Shown one piece after another: positions 1-12,377 of a stretch of 64,000 bases of DNA. Under the pieces are notes generated by a model. The model was not told the origin of the DNA. It saw nothing but the letters and a program-made list of their open reading frames with translations, and did no database searches. Position numbers and translations under genes: made by a program. Source of the DNA: Mobula hypostoma (Eukaryota); assembly GCF_963921235.1 (NCBI RefSeq), contig NC_086097.1, positions 29,700,001 to 29,764,000 on the forward strand. The letters are read 5' to 3'. The first letter of the stretch is position 1. Each line of letters begins with the position of its first letter.

Positions 1-1268
1 CACGGGCGGGGGCAGGGTCAGATGCAGGTGCAGGCGCACGCGCAGGAGTAGGATCAGGGGCAGAGGTAGCTGCGGCACTGGTGCCCGAAGTGGGCTCCCT
101 CGGGTTCCGGGCGGCAGGACAGTCCCTCCGAAAGTGCCCCACCTCCCTGCACGCATGGCACCGTGGGCGCTCGGAGCTCCAGTACACCTGATAATCTACT
201 CCCTCGTGCCGGACAGTAAAGCGGCCCTCAACATCGTCCTCCCTTTCCAGCTGCATGAAAACCTGACGCCGGAAAGAGATTACGGTGCGGAGGGTGCGTC
301 TCTTAAATTTGTGTCGGATGGCAGTAATCTCCGACCTTACTTGCCCTAAACGGGCCAGTGGGGGAAGCAAGTCCTCATTTGGAATGAAAGGCTTAACATG
401 CCCAAGCACGATACGTTGCGTGGGGGCCGTCACCAGCTCCATAGGTAAAAAGATGTTGTCCACCGTGACTCCCCTGCTTAGGGCCCGGTGCACTAGCTCT
501 TCATTCACCAGATAGAACACCGCCTTTCCGAACTCCTTCTCGGTGGCCAGAATACCACCTTTCCCCACAAGGTCCTCCATTGCCTCCGTACACTTTTCTA
601 GTGTCATTCCAGGGCGCAAAATACATTGCACCCCACGTTCCACCTTCACCGACCGAAACAGGGCGTTGTCCGAGGCCGGGGAGGCAGCCGCCCTTGCGTA
701 ACTCCCCGAAGGCCCGCGACTCCCTGGAGACCGGTCCGGCATGCTGGCGCTCTTTCCAGTCCGAGAATCCTACAGCGCTGTCGATTAGAAGTCCTGGAGC
801 GAAACGAGTAACTGGCCGGGAAAGTTTGCAGTCGACAGTTCCTCGCTGGCTCGGCGCCAGTAAAGGCTCCGTCGGACTTGCAGAGACCCAGGCCGGGAGA
901 GGCCGAAACGTCCTTCCAGATGCTCCGGCACCGGCACCGGCACCGACACCGGACGAAAAATCAGGAAAACAATGGAGGAGGAACTTTGCCCCGATGTCAA
1001 TGGGGGGAAAACGACGGCGTTTGCCTCCGGTTTTGGAGCGAACCGGCTTACTGGCGAGTTGCCAGCGGCCGCAGCTGGGAGCTACGCAGTAAGCAGCCGC
1101 CAACAAACCCAGTCCAAACCGGCAGCAAAAACTCCACACCGAGCTTCCACGCCAACGCCGTCACTCACTCAGTTGTCCAAGAGACTTTTAGAGCCACCTC
1201 CAAAGTATTCCACGAACTTTATCCAGTAGTTTTCCTTCGATTTCTCCCAGCTCAGTCAGCACAGCTCC
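1..1268 (-). mobile_element. Tx1-clade non-LTR retrotransposon, 5' UTR and ORF1 (continues past the left edge)
   Basis: The minus frame from ATG at 742 reads MPDRSPGSRGPSGSYARAAASPASDNALFRSVKVERGVQCILRPGMTLEKCTEAMEDLVGKGGILATEKEFGKAVFYL...IVLGHVKPFIPNEDLLPPLARLGQVRSEI...VISFRRQVFMQL...RCHAC. This is the layout of Tx1 ORF1p (PFIPNE and SFRRQV motifs, then a CCHC knuckle). It is missing from the ORF track because it has no stop before the window edge. Confidence 0.85.
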
Positions 1269-3484
1269 TCTCTGTGTCTGACCCCGGGAGTGTGTGACGG
1301 AATGGTGTTGAGGTAGTTTCATTCTGTATCTGACCTCAGGAGTGTGTGATGGGACAGTGTGGAGGGAGTTTCACTCTGTGTCTGACCCCGGTGTGTGTGA
1401 CGGAATGGTGTTGAGGTAGTTTCATTCTGTGACTGAACCCAGTGTGTGTGATGGAATGGTGTGGAGGTAGTTTCATTCTGTGACTGAACCCCAGTGTGTG
1501 TGATGGGACAGTGTGGAGGTAGTTTCATTCTGTGACTGAACCCCAGTGTGTGTGATGGGACAGTGTGGAGGGAGCTTCACTCTGTGTCTGACCCCAGTGT
1601 GTGTGATGGAATGGTGTTGAGGTAGTTTCACTCTGTGTCTGACCCCAGTGTGTGTGATGGAATGGTGTTGAGGTAGTTTCACTCTGTGTCTGACCCCAGT
1701 GTGTGTGATGGGACAGTGTGGAGGGAGCTTCACTCTGTGTCTGACCCCAGTGTGTGTGATGGAATGGTGTTGAGGTAGTTTCACTCTGTGTCTGACCCCA
1801 GTGTGTGTGATGGAATGGTGTTCAGGTAGTTTCACTCTGTGTCTGACCCCAGTGTGTGTGACGGAATGGTGTTGAGGTAGTTTCACTCTGTGTCTGACCC
1901 CAGTGTGTGTGATGGGACAGTGTGGAGGTAGTTTCACTCTGTGTCTGACCCCAGTGTGTGTGACGGAATGGTGTTGAGGTAGTTTCACTCTGTGTCTGAC
2001 CCCAGTGTGTGTGATGGAATGGTGTTGAGGTAGTTTCACTCTGTGTCTGACCCCAGTGTGTGTGACGGAATGGTGTTGAGGTAGTTTCACTCTGTGTCTG
2101 ACCCCAGTGTGTGTGATGGGACAGTGTGGAGGTAGTTTCACTCTGTGTCTGACCCCAGTGTGTGTGACGGAATGGTGTTGAGGTAGTTTCACTCTGTGTC
2201 TGACCCCAGTGTGTGTGATGGGACAGTGTGGAGGTAGTTTCACTCTGTGTCTGACCCCAGTGTGTGTGACGGAATGGTGTGGAGGGAGCTTCACTCTGTG
2301 TCTGATCCCAGTGTGTGTGACGGAATGGTGTGGAGGTAGTTTCACTCTGTGTCTGATCCCAGTGTGTGTGACGGAATGGTGTGGAGGTAGTTTCACTCTG
2401 TGTCTGACCCCGGGAGTGTGTGATAGGACAGTGTGGAGGGTGCTTCACTCTGAGTCTGACCCCAGTGTGTGTGACGGAATGGTGTTGAGGTAGCTTCACT
2501 CTGTGTCTGACCCCAGTGTGTGTGACGGAATGGTGTGGAGGTAGTTTCACTCTGTGTCTGACCCCGGTGTGTGTGACGGGACAGTGTGGAGGTAGTTTCA
2601 CTCTGTGTCTGACCCCGGTGTGTGTGACGGGACAGTGTGGAGGTAGCTTCACTCTGTGTCTGACCCCGGTGTGTGTGACGGAATGGTGTTGAGGTAGCTT
2701 CACTCTGTGTCTGACCCCAGTGTGTGTGACGGAATGGTGTTGAGGTAGTTTCACTCTGTGTCTGACCCCAGTGTGTGTGACGGAATGGTGTTGAGGTAGT
2801 TTCACTCTGTGTCTGACCCCGGTGTGTGTGACGGGACAGTGTGGAGGTAGCTTCACTCTGTGTCTGACCCCGGTGTGTGTGACGGAATGGTGTTGAGGTA
2901 GTTTCACTCTGTGTCTGACCCCGGTGTGTGTGACGGAATGGTGTTGAGGTAGTTTCACTCTGTGTCTGACCCCAGTGTGTGTGATGGAATGGTGTTGAGG
3001 TAGTTTCACTCTGTGTCTGACCCCAGTGTGTGTGATGGGACAGTGTGGAGGGAGTTTCACTCTGTGTCTGACCCCAGTGTGTGTGACGGAATGGTGTTGA
3101 GGTAGTTTCACTCTGTGTCTGACCCCGGGAGTGTGTGATAGGAAGGTGTAAAGGGAGTTTCACTCTGTGTCTGACCCCAGTGTGTGTGATGGAATGGTGT
3201 GGAGGGAGCTTCACTCTGTGTCTGACCCCAGTGTGTGTGACGGAATGGTGTGGAGGGAGCTTCACTCTGTGTCTGACCCCGGTGTGTGTGACGGAATGGT
3301 GTTGAGGTAGTTTCACTCTGTGACTGACCCCAGTGTGTGTGATGGAATGGTGTGGAGGTAGTTTCACTCTGTGTCTGACCCCGGTGTGTGTGACGGAATG
3401 GTGTTGAGGTAGTTTCACTCTGTGACTGACCCCGGTGTGTGTGACGGAATGGTGTTGAGGTAGTTTCACTCTGTGACTGACCCC
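1269..3484. repeat. Minisatellite, 51-bp unit (occasional 52-bp variants), about 43 copies
   Basis: Unit GTTTCACTCTGTGTCTGACCCCAGTGTGTGTGA(C/T)GGAATGGTGTTGAGGTA, with a GGGACAGTGTGGAGG variant. The 17-aa periodicity in the ORF track confirms a 51-nt period. Confidence 0.97.
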
Positions 3485-3727
3485 GCAGTATCCTTGCCCT
3501 GGAAGTAGGTGATGGGATCATTACTTTATAAGTTGGCTGTAGTTGAATTCTATTTAATTCTTTGTGCCAGAATCACAAATAACCGATTGTGCACTAGTGT
3601 AAGAGGAACATCATTTGCACCAGAGTCATTGACTCTTTCTCTCCCCACAGATGCTGCCTGGCCTGCTGAGTATTTCCAACATTTTCTGCTTGAGTTGCAA
3701 GAAGTAACTTTGCCTCTCTCCTGACAG

Positions 3728-3782
3728 GTTGAAGATGTGTACGTGCAGTTTATGAGAAAATATTTTCCTCAGAGATCGGCAG
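3728..3782 (+). CDS. AGBL3: AGBL3/CCP3-like exon a (N-terminal region)
   Basis: ctctctcctgacag|GTT...GCAG|gtgagt; VEDVYVQFMRKYFPQRSA. Resembles the recalled AGBL3 segment EDMFMKFV...LTA. Its phase-1 end fits the next exon. Confidence 0.7.
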
Positions 3783-6228
3783 GTGAGTCACCACATTCAG
3801 TTCAGTTACGTACAGTTTACAAGGAAACAGTGATGCAAAGTGAGGGGGAGAATGGATGATGCATTTCAACAGAGCAAGGAGAAGAAATTAGGCACATGAA
3901 ACTCGATCCTACCGCAGTGTCACACACAGTTAAAACTCCCACTCACCTCACATGTGCTTAAAAATCCAACTTCAAAAATATTACAGTCGTAAAAATCCAA
4001 CTTCAAAAATATTCAGTTATTTTTGGCTTGGCAAAAGCAAATTAGATGGTTAGAGTGAGGCACAAGGAATATTTATTTCTTTCCTTGAACAGTTTGGAAC
4101 ATAAGAGAACATGGAAGGAGCTTTGTGATTGGTGAGAGGCTACGTTGCCTGCCAAAACTTTGTGCCTAGGGTATCAGTTTTTGAACTCATGAAGACTGGA
4201 GGCCAGAAGCTCTCCTGGATTTGGATGACTGTCCATATGTGTGGAAAGGGACTTGTTTTGCTGTTGTTGTTGTTCTGTTATTTATGGTTTTCTGCTTTGT
4301 TGTGTTCTGTGTTGTTCTGCTGAACATGGTGGTCGTGTCGTGTTAGCGCTGGAATGTGTGGTGACCCTTGCGGGCTGCCCCCACCACATCCTTGGATGTG
4401 GTGGTTGTTAATGCACTGTATGCTTCAATGCACATGTGATAACTAAATCTGAATCTGAATTTGTTAAACGTATACTTTTCTTACACGTGCCTGATTCCTC
4501 TGTCGTTACCAAACCTTCTCAGTTTGCATGGAAAACCTTGCCAATTACCTACACCCTTTTGGCCCGTTAATGCGATTTCTACACATTTTCCTTGCCACAA
4601 CTTCACCTATACTCAAAATGCAAGATTCAAGATTGTCTAATGTCATTTCCAGTACATGAGTGTAAAGGAGAACAAATTAATTGTTATTCCCAATCTGATG
4701 CAGCACAAAACAGAATACAGTAAGATAAAGAACACGATGATAAAAAGCACAATAAATATATATACATTAGCTAGCTTATATACATAGACTGATTGTATGA
4801 ATGCCCATAAAGAGACACCAGTAACAGGAGTGTCTGTACGTAAGGTGACTGACGGGATATGATGAAGTAGTGGTGGAGGGGGATGCAGAGAGGTGGATTA
4901 GTAGGTGAAAGTGCTGATTCGCCTTGCTGATTGAGGAAAGTAACTGTTTTGAGTCTGGTGGTCCTGACATGGACAAAAAGTCCAGGAGTAGGGTGGAGGG
5001 GGATCCTTCTTGATGTTTCTGGCACCTTTCTGTATATATGTCCTTGATGACAGGTAGGCTGGTGCCAGTGATGTGTTGGGCAATTTTGACCACTCATAGA
5101 GCCTTTCTGTCCACCAGAGGGCAGAGTCTGTACCATTTCTTCATTCCTTGTAAGCACTAAAGACTGATGATGATAACAAGCCGGCTTTATAAATGTGTAA
5201 GGCCATCTATCTAGTGCTTGGAATTTTGACTGAAGCTATGAATTTAGGCAAAAGGACACACAAATATGTAACATGTTTCTTTTTGTGATGCAAGGATGTG
5301 GACCTGAGTAATGGGGAAAAGTTGAATAGATTAGAACATTATTCCCTTGGAGAGTAGGAGTACGAAGGGAGATTTGATTGAAGTTATAAATAGGGTAAAT
5401 GCAAGCAGGCTTTTCTGATTGCAATGAGTTCTACATATTCACCTCTGGCTAAATAAAATCCTCTTCGTGTCTGTTCTCTATTCTGAGGCTGTGCCTTCTG
5501 GTCCCAGACTCTCACACTACAGGAGACATCCTCTCCACATCCACTTTATCTGGGCTTTTCAGTATTCAGTCGGTTTCAGTGAGATCCTCCACCCTCATTC
5601 TTCTAAACTCCAGTCTCTGGGCCTGAGCCTAAACTCCAGGACCAGAGACATCAAATACCCCTCATACATTAACCCTTTCATTTCTGGAATCATTCTCCTG
5701 AACCTCCTCTCCAACGCCAGCACCTCTTTTCTTAGAAAACACAGAACACAGAACACTAGAGGAACTCAGTGGGTCAAGCAGCGCCTGTAGAGAAATGGAC
5801 AATTGACGTTTCAGATTGACACCCTTTGTCTGGAGCTATCCACGTTCGTTTTTGAATTTGAATGGACTTTGTTGTTGTCACATGTAATAGGTACAGTGAA
5901 AACCTTCGAGGAGTACAAGGGAAATCACTAACAGAATGCTGAATAGAGTGTTACTGCTACATGGTGCAGGGTGCGGGTACAAAATAAGGCGCAGAGGCCA
6001 GGATGAGGTGGACTGTGAGGTCAAGAGTTTGTCTTTAGCATATAAAAGGTCCATTTGATAGTTTTATAACACCAGGGTTTAAGCTGTCCTGCTGTCCTTG
6101 AGCCTACTGGTAGGTGTTTTCAGGGCTTTGTATCTTCTGCTCGATGGGAGGGGGAGAAGAGAGAATGTCCGCAGTGGGAGGAGTCTTTGATTATGCTGGC
6201 TATTTTACTGAGGCGGTGAGAAATATAG

Positions 6229-6429
6229 GCAACACACACAAAATGCTGGAAGGACTCAGCAGGCCAGGCAGCATCTATGCAAGAGAGTCGAGTTGCTAAG
6301 TTGTCGGCCCGAAATGTCGACTGTTTACTCTTTTCCCATGGATGCTGCCTGGCCTGCTGAGTTCCTCCCGCGTTTTCTGCATGTAGCTTTGATTTCTAGC
6401 ATCCGCAGATTTTCTCTTGTTTGGGAAAG
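6229..6429. mobile_element. Short fold-back element made of inverted Penelope-like termini, with 11-bp TSD
   Basis: Arm ACTCAGCAGGCCAGGCAGCATC is the reverse complement of GATGCTGCCTGGCCTGCTGAGT. GAGAAATATAG is duplicated at 6218-6228 and 6430-6440. Confidence 0.8.
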
Positions 6430-7174
6430 GAGAAATATAGACAGAGGCCACGGAGGGGAGGCTGGTTCCTGTGGTGTGCTGAGCCGTGTCCACAACTCTG
6501 CACGTGGTCACAGGCAGAACAATTGCTGTACCAAACCGTTATGCATCTGGACAGGATGCTTTCAATGGTGCAACTATAAAAATTAGTAAGGGTTAATGGG
6601 GACATGCCAAATTTCTTCTGCCTCCTGAGGAAGGAGAGGTGTTGGTGAACTTTCTTGCCGTGGTTGTCCAGGACAGGCCATTGGTGATGTTCAGTCCAAG
6701 GAATCTAAAGCTGTCAAGCATCTCAACCTCAGCACCGTTGATGTTGATGCAGACAGGAGCATGTACATTGACTCTTCCTGAAGTCAAAGACCAACTCCTT
6801 TGTTTTTCTGACATTGATGGACATGTTGTTGCCTTGACATGATGTTACTAAGCTCTCTACCTCCTTCCTCTATTCCAAACTCATCATTATCTGAGATAAT
6901 GGCCCACTACAGTCATAGCATATACACACTATTAGTTGGAGTTAGAGCAATCATGAGTGTACAGGGAGTAGAGAAGAGAGCTCAGGACATGAGCGTGCAG
7001 AGCATCAGTGTTTAGAACAATCGTGGCCGAGCTGTTGCTGTCGATCCTTACTGATTGTGGTCTGTTGGTAGGAAGTCAAGGATCCAATTGCAGAGGGAGG
7101 TATCAACTCCCTGGGTCTGAAGTTTGGTGATGAGTTTGCTTGAAGGCGGAACTGTACAATAAACAATTGTCTGA

Positions 7175-8790
7175 CATAAGTACCATAAGGCCATAAGATA
7201 TAGGAGCAGAAGTAGGCCATTTGGCCCATCGAGTCTGCTCTGCCATTCAATCATGGGCAGATCCAATTCTTCCAGTCATCCCTACTCCCTTGCTTTCACC
7301 CCATACCCTTTGGTGCCCTGGCTAATCAAGAACCAATCTATCTCTGCCTTAAATTCACCCAATGACTTGGCCTCCACAGCCACTTGTGGAAACAAATTTC
7401 TACAGATTTACCACCCTGTGACTAAAGTAATTTCTCCGCATTTCAGTTTTAAAAGGATGTCCTCCAGTCCTGAAGTCGTGCCCTCTTGTCGTAGAATCCC
7501 CTAACATGGGAAATAACTTTGCCATATCTAATCTGTTCAGGCCTTTTAACATTCGGAATGTTTCTATGAGATCCCCCCTCATTCTCCTGAACTCCAGGGA
7601 ATACAGCCCAAGAGCTGCCAGATGTTCCTCATACAGTAACCCCTTCATTCCTGGAATCATTCTTATGAATCTTCTCTGAACCCTCTCCAATGTCAGCATA
7701 TCCTTTCTAAAATAAAGAGCCCAGAACTGTACACAATGCTCCAAGTGTGGTGTCACGAGTGCCTTATAGAACCTCAACATTACATTCCTGCTTTTATATT
7801 CTATACCTCTAGAAATGAATGCCAACATTGCATTTGCCTTCCCGACTCAACCTGGAGGTTAACCTTTAAGGTATCCTGCACAAGGGCTCCCAAGTCCCTT
7901 TGCATCTCTGCATTTTGAATTCTTTTCCCATCTAAATAATAGTCTGCCCGTTTATTTCTTCCACCAAAGTGCATGACCATACACTTTCCAACATTGCATA
8001 TCATTTGCCACTTTGCCCATTCCCCTAAACTATTTAAGTCTCTCTGCAGACTCTCTGTTTCCTCAACACTACCCACTCCTCCACCTATCTTTGTATCATC
8101 AGCAAATTTAGCCACAAATCCATTAATACCATAGTACAAATCATTGACATACATTGTAAAAAGCAGAGGTCCATTGATAACTGGCAGCCAGCCAGAATAG
8201 GATCCCTTTATTCCCACTCCCTGCTTTCTGCCAACCAGCCAATGCTCTACCCATGCTAGTAACTCCCCTGTAATTCCATGGGCTCTTATCTTGCTAAGCA
8301 GCCTCATGTGCGGCACCTTGTCAAAGGCCTTCTGAAACTCCAAGTACACCACATTTACTGCATCTTCTTTGTCTACCATGCTTATGATTTCTTCAAAGAA
8401 TTGCAGTAGGTTTGTCAGGCAGGATTTTCCTTTCAGGAAACCATGCTGGCTTTGGCCTATCTTGTCATCTGCCTCCAGGTACTCTGTAATCTCATCCTTA
8501 ACAATCGATTCCAACAACTTCCCAACCACTGATGCCAGGCTAACAGGTCTATAGTTTCCTTTCTGCTGCCTCCCACCCTTCTTAAATAGCAGAGTAACAT
8601 TTGCAATTTTCCAGTCATCCGATACAATGCCAGAATCTATCGATTCTTGAAAGATGATTGTTAATGCCTCCGCAGTCTCTCCAGCTAGTTCCTTCAGAAC
8701 CCGAGGGTGCATTCCATCAGGTCCAGGGGATTTATCCACCCTCAGACCATTAAGCTTCCTGAACACCCTTTCAGTCGTAATTTTCATTGC
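7175..8790 (-). mobile_element. CR1-type LINE, 5'-truncated (RT domain and 3' end)
   Basis: ORF 7801-8847: KSPGPDGMHPRVLKEL, GNYRPVSL, SQHGFLKGKSCLTNL, KFADDTK. ORF 7400-7828: RRMRGDLIETF. Ends in short CCATAAG tail repeats. Confidence 0.93.
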
Positions 8791-10609
8791 AGGTGCCTTT
8801 ACTGTCCAGATGCTCCAGAGGTGAGTGTAAGGACCGAGCGATGGCAATCACCTGTTACCTGTTTTGGTAGCAAGCTAATTGTATTGGGTTGAGGTTTTCT
8901 GGAAGGCTGGAGCTGACGTAAGCTTTCAAAACACTTCTTTATGGCAGACATCAGAGCCACGTTATCTTGCTTGTCCTAGGTACGGATGATAGTGATCTTC
9001 TTAAAGGAGGAGAAAACCACAGACTGAAGCAGGGAGAGGTTAAAGATTCTGCATATACCCCTGCTGTCCAGGTCCGATGGATAGCAGGGGTACATGCTTT
9101 CCAATGTGCTCACTCTCCAGAAGGCTGATCTTGTGTCTGCAGTGGTGACTGTGGGTTCGGGTTCCCTGGAGACGACCAGGGTAGGTGGTGACACATCTGT
9201 TCCTGTTCAAAGTATGCATGGAGTGTGTTAAACTCCACCGGGTGGGATGTGCTGCCGTCGGGCGATGCTGACTGACTCTGTTTTGTGACCCATCACGGCG
9301 TGTACGTCCTGCAGCAGCTGAAACTGGTCTGGGACTGTACTTTGGGCTGGTATGGTCTCCTGGAATCCCTGATGGCTTTACAGAGACTGTATGATGATTT
9401 CTTGTATCGGTCAGGGTCACCCGATTTCAATGCTGCAGACGTAGACTTCAACAGGTGGTAGATCACCTACAGTTTCCCGTTTGGGACACCTCCATTGTCC
9501 TCTTTAGTACGGAAGCCTCAACACACTTTCTGATAAAGTCAGTGACGTTGCTGACAGACTCAACTTGCCCGGCAGCTGAAAATTTGAACATGGACCAGTC
9601 TACCAACTCAAAGATAAGATTAAGATAGGGTTTGCTTTATTTTGTCACATGTACATCGAAACATCGAAGCATACGGCGGTTTGCATCATTTGCACCAGCC
9701 ACCAGCATAGTCCGAGGGTGTGGTGGGAGGCAGCCCGCGAGTGTAACCAGACTTCCGGTGCCAAAATAGCATGCCCACTACTTAGCAACTCTAACCCGTG
9801 TATCTTCGGGATGTGGGAGGGAAACAGAGCACCTGGTGAAAGTACAAACTCCGTACAGACAGACAGTGGGGGGGTTTGAGCCCCAGTTGGTGACTGCCAG
9901 AGCAGTAAAACAATACACTAACCCCGACACCCGAGCAGTCACGTGGAAGCTCAGACCAGCACTGTGTGAGTTTCTGTTCCGGATTCTCCCGCTTGTTTGT
10001 ATACAGGGAGTAGGAGCACAGCCTGGTTGTCTGATTTACCAGCGTGTAGATGAGGGCTGGCTCAGCTGGTGGCTTTGATGGTTGTATAGCATGGACGAGG
10101 GTGTTTGGCTCCCTGGTGGGACAGGAGATGTGCTGGTAACACTAACCCAGAATAGTACAGTACAGGTTCTTTGGCCCATGATGTTGTGCCAGCCTTTAAC
10201 CTGCTCTAAGATCAAACTAATCTTTCCGTCCAATATAGTCCTTCATTTTTCTATTATCCATATGCCTATCTACGAGTTTCCAAAATGTACCTGCCTCTCC
10301 TACCACCCTGGTTGGGCGCTCCACACGCACACACACACCTCTCTGTGTAAAGAATATTCTTCTGACGTTCCCCCCATACTTTCCTCCAATCACCTTAAAA
10401 TTATAACCCCTCGCGTTACCTATTTCCAATCTGTGAGAAGTCTCTGACTGTTAACTCTATGCCTCTGATCATTTGTAGATCTACATCAAGTCACCTCTCA
10501 TCCTCCTTCACTCCAGGGTGAAAAGCCCAAACTCAATCAACCTGTCCTCATAAAACATGCTCTCTAGTCCATCCAGCATTCTGGTAAATCTCCTCTACAC
10601 ACTCTATAT

Positions 10610-11399
10610 CAGGGGTCTCCAACCTTTTTTGGACCGCGGACCGGTTTAATATTGACAATATTCTTGCAGACCGGCTGACTGGGGGGTGGGGGGGGAGTGC
10701 AGGGGGTGGTGTTCAAGTAGGGTTGCCAACCTTCTCACTCCCAAATAAGGGGCAAAAGTAGCAGTCAAATACGGGACACTTGTGTTTACCCCGAGAAAGA
10801 CTACCATGACCATGAAGCCTTGTGCGGGCACCTGTGTGCACATGTGTGTACGTGCCGATTTTTTTCTACAAATCAGTTTTGGCTTAATCTTCTCGTTTCT
10901 GTTAAGTGAAACTACATTGTGCATACATTAATTCTACTTTATATAGGCTGTGTATTATCATATCATTCCTGCTTTTACTATATGTTAGTGTTATTTTAGG
11001 TTTTATGTGTTATTTGGTATGATTTGGTAGGTTATTTTTTGGGTCTGGGAATCCTCAAAAAATTTTCCCATGTAAATTAATGGTAATTGCTTTTTCGCTT
11101 TACGCCATTTCGGCTTACGAACGGTTTCATAGCAACGCTGTACCTTAGCAGGGGAAATACGGAACAAGGGCAGTCCTGTATGGGATAAACCAATTTAGCC
11201 CAATATACGGGATGTCCCGGCAAATATGGGACAGTTGGCAACCCTGTGTTCAAGTTCAACAGGGCGTGACAGGGAATGAGAGAAGGTGCAGCTGACTCAT
11301 ATAGTTTCATATCGCCAAATCAAATCGTTTCCTCGCGGCCCGGTAGCACATGCTTTGCAGCCTGGTACTGGTCCGCGGCCCGGTGGTTGGGGACCGCTG
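10610..11399. mobile_element. hAT-type non-autonomous DNA transposon with 8-bp TSD
   Basis: Terminal inverted repeats CAGGGGTCTCCAACC / GGTTGGGGACCGCTG. TSD CTCTATAT at 10602-10609 and 11400-11407. Confidence 0.88.
10718..11246. mobile_element. Second hAT-type non-autonomous element nested in the first, with 8-bp TSD
   Basis: Terminal inverted repeats TAGGGTTGCCAAC / GTTGGCAACCCTG. TSD TGTTCAAG at 10710-10717 and 11247-11254. Confidence 0.88.
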
Positions 11400-12194
11400 C
11401 TCTATATAGCTTCCATATCCCTCCTATAATGGGGTGACCAGAAATGAGTACAATACAGAAATGAGTGTGGTGTAAGCAGAGTTTCTTAGAGCTGCAACAT
11501 TACATCTGTGTGGTAATACACTCTTGAAACTGTCCTGGTAAAAGTCTCCAGCAGCAACGAAAAGTGTCTCTGGATATCCTGCTTCAAGGCTGTTGACTGC
11601 AGATTATAGTTCATTGAGTCCGGTCTTCACATCCATCCGGGGTGGGATGTAGACCGCTGTCAGGATAGCAGAAATGAACACCCATGGCAGATAGTATGGG
11701 TGACACTTCACAGCTAGATATTCCAAACTGGGTGAGCAGGACCCAGTACCCTCAAGTTATTTCCTCTGCCAAGTTTATAAGTTCCTCTCTTGTTCTAACT
11801 TGCTTCCGAATGGTAGAAATTCCTGATGACAGGTCTAGATCCAAGGCATTGACTGTCCATTTCCCTCCGTAGATGCTACCCAACCGACCGATTCCCTTCA
11901 GCACCTCTGTATGTTGTTCCAGATTTTGTGTCCACAGTCTCTTGTATACCCACTGGTGTTCTGTTTTAATTCTCAAACTAGTTAGACCATAAATCATAGA
12001 ACAGAGAACAATACAGCACAGTACAGGCCATTCGGCCTGCGATGATGTGCTGACCTTACAACTTATTCTCAGATCAATCTACATAACCCTCCATTTTTCT
12101 ATCATCCATATGCCTATCTAATAGTTTCTGAAATAATTTCATTTTATCAACTGTTGTTATGTACTATAGATACTCTCTTCTCTTTCCCTGGAAG

Positions 12195-12377
12195 GGTGTC
12201 AGAATAAGCTGCTTCTCCCCCGTACAACACAGATCGTGATCGAGGATGGATTTGAAGGGCTTGTTCATCGCCTGCGCGAACCTTGGGATCTTCACGGCCT
12301 GTCCACCAAGCGGACGGGTCAATCAGTGTGTTGGCCCCAGGAGTGTGAGGTCATTAAGGAGCGGATTCGACACATTG
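12195..12377 (+). CDS. AGBL3: AGBL3/CCP3-like exon b
   Basis: ctcttctctttccctggaag|GG...ATTG|gtgaga; (G)CQNKLLLPRTTQIVIEDGFEGLVHRLREPWDLHGLSTKRTGQSVCWPQECEVIKERIRHI. Matches recalled AGBL3 PRTTQILLE...PRLREPRDLYG...WPYHCEVIDEKVQHI. Confidence 0.9.

Larger units (their letters stand above)
5860..9615 (-). mobile_element. Degraded Rex1/Babar-type LINE, interrupted by a CR1 (7175-8790) and a fold-back element (6229-6429)
   Basis: Minus-strand fragments [60 protein letters not shown] and IFNLSLLQSVVFSSFKKITII. Confidence 0.75.

Noticed and set aside
501..1297. ORFs of 139-212 aa in the ORF track
   Set aside because: Off-frame or antisense readings of GC-rich Tx1 ORF1/5' UTR sequence.
1269..3484. 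CRISPR-like array
   Set aside because: The units are contiguous with no unique spacers, there are no cas genes, and the context is eukaryotic.
1473..3521. Long His-rich minus-strand ORFs (307-429 aa)
   Set aside because: Artefact of a stop-free 51-bp unit (a multiple of 3). The frame shifts at every 52-bp unit, and there is no gene context.
3959..4013. Direct duplication TAAAAATCCAACTTCAAAAATATT
   Set aside because: Simple two-copy local duplication with no sign of function.
12170..12194. Upstream acceptor TAG at 12167-12169
   Set aside because: Wrong phase for the preceding exon. The 12195 acceptor has the pyrimidine tract and matches the spacing in the homologue.
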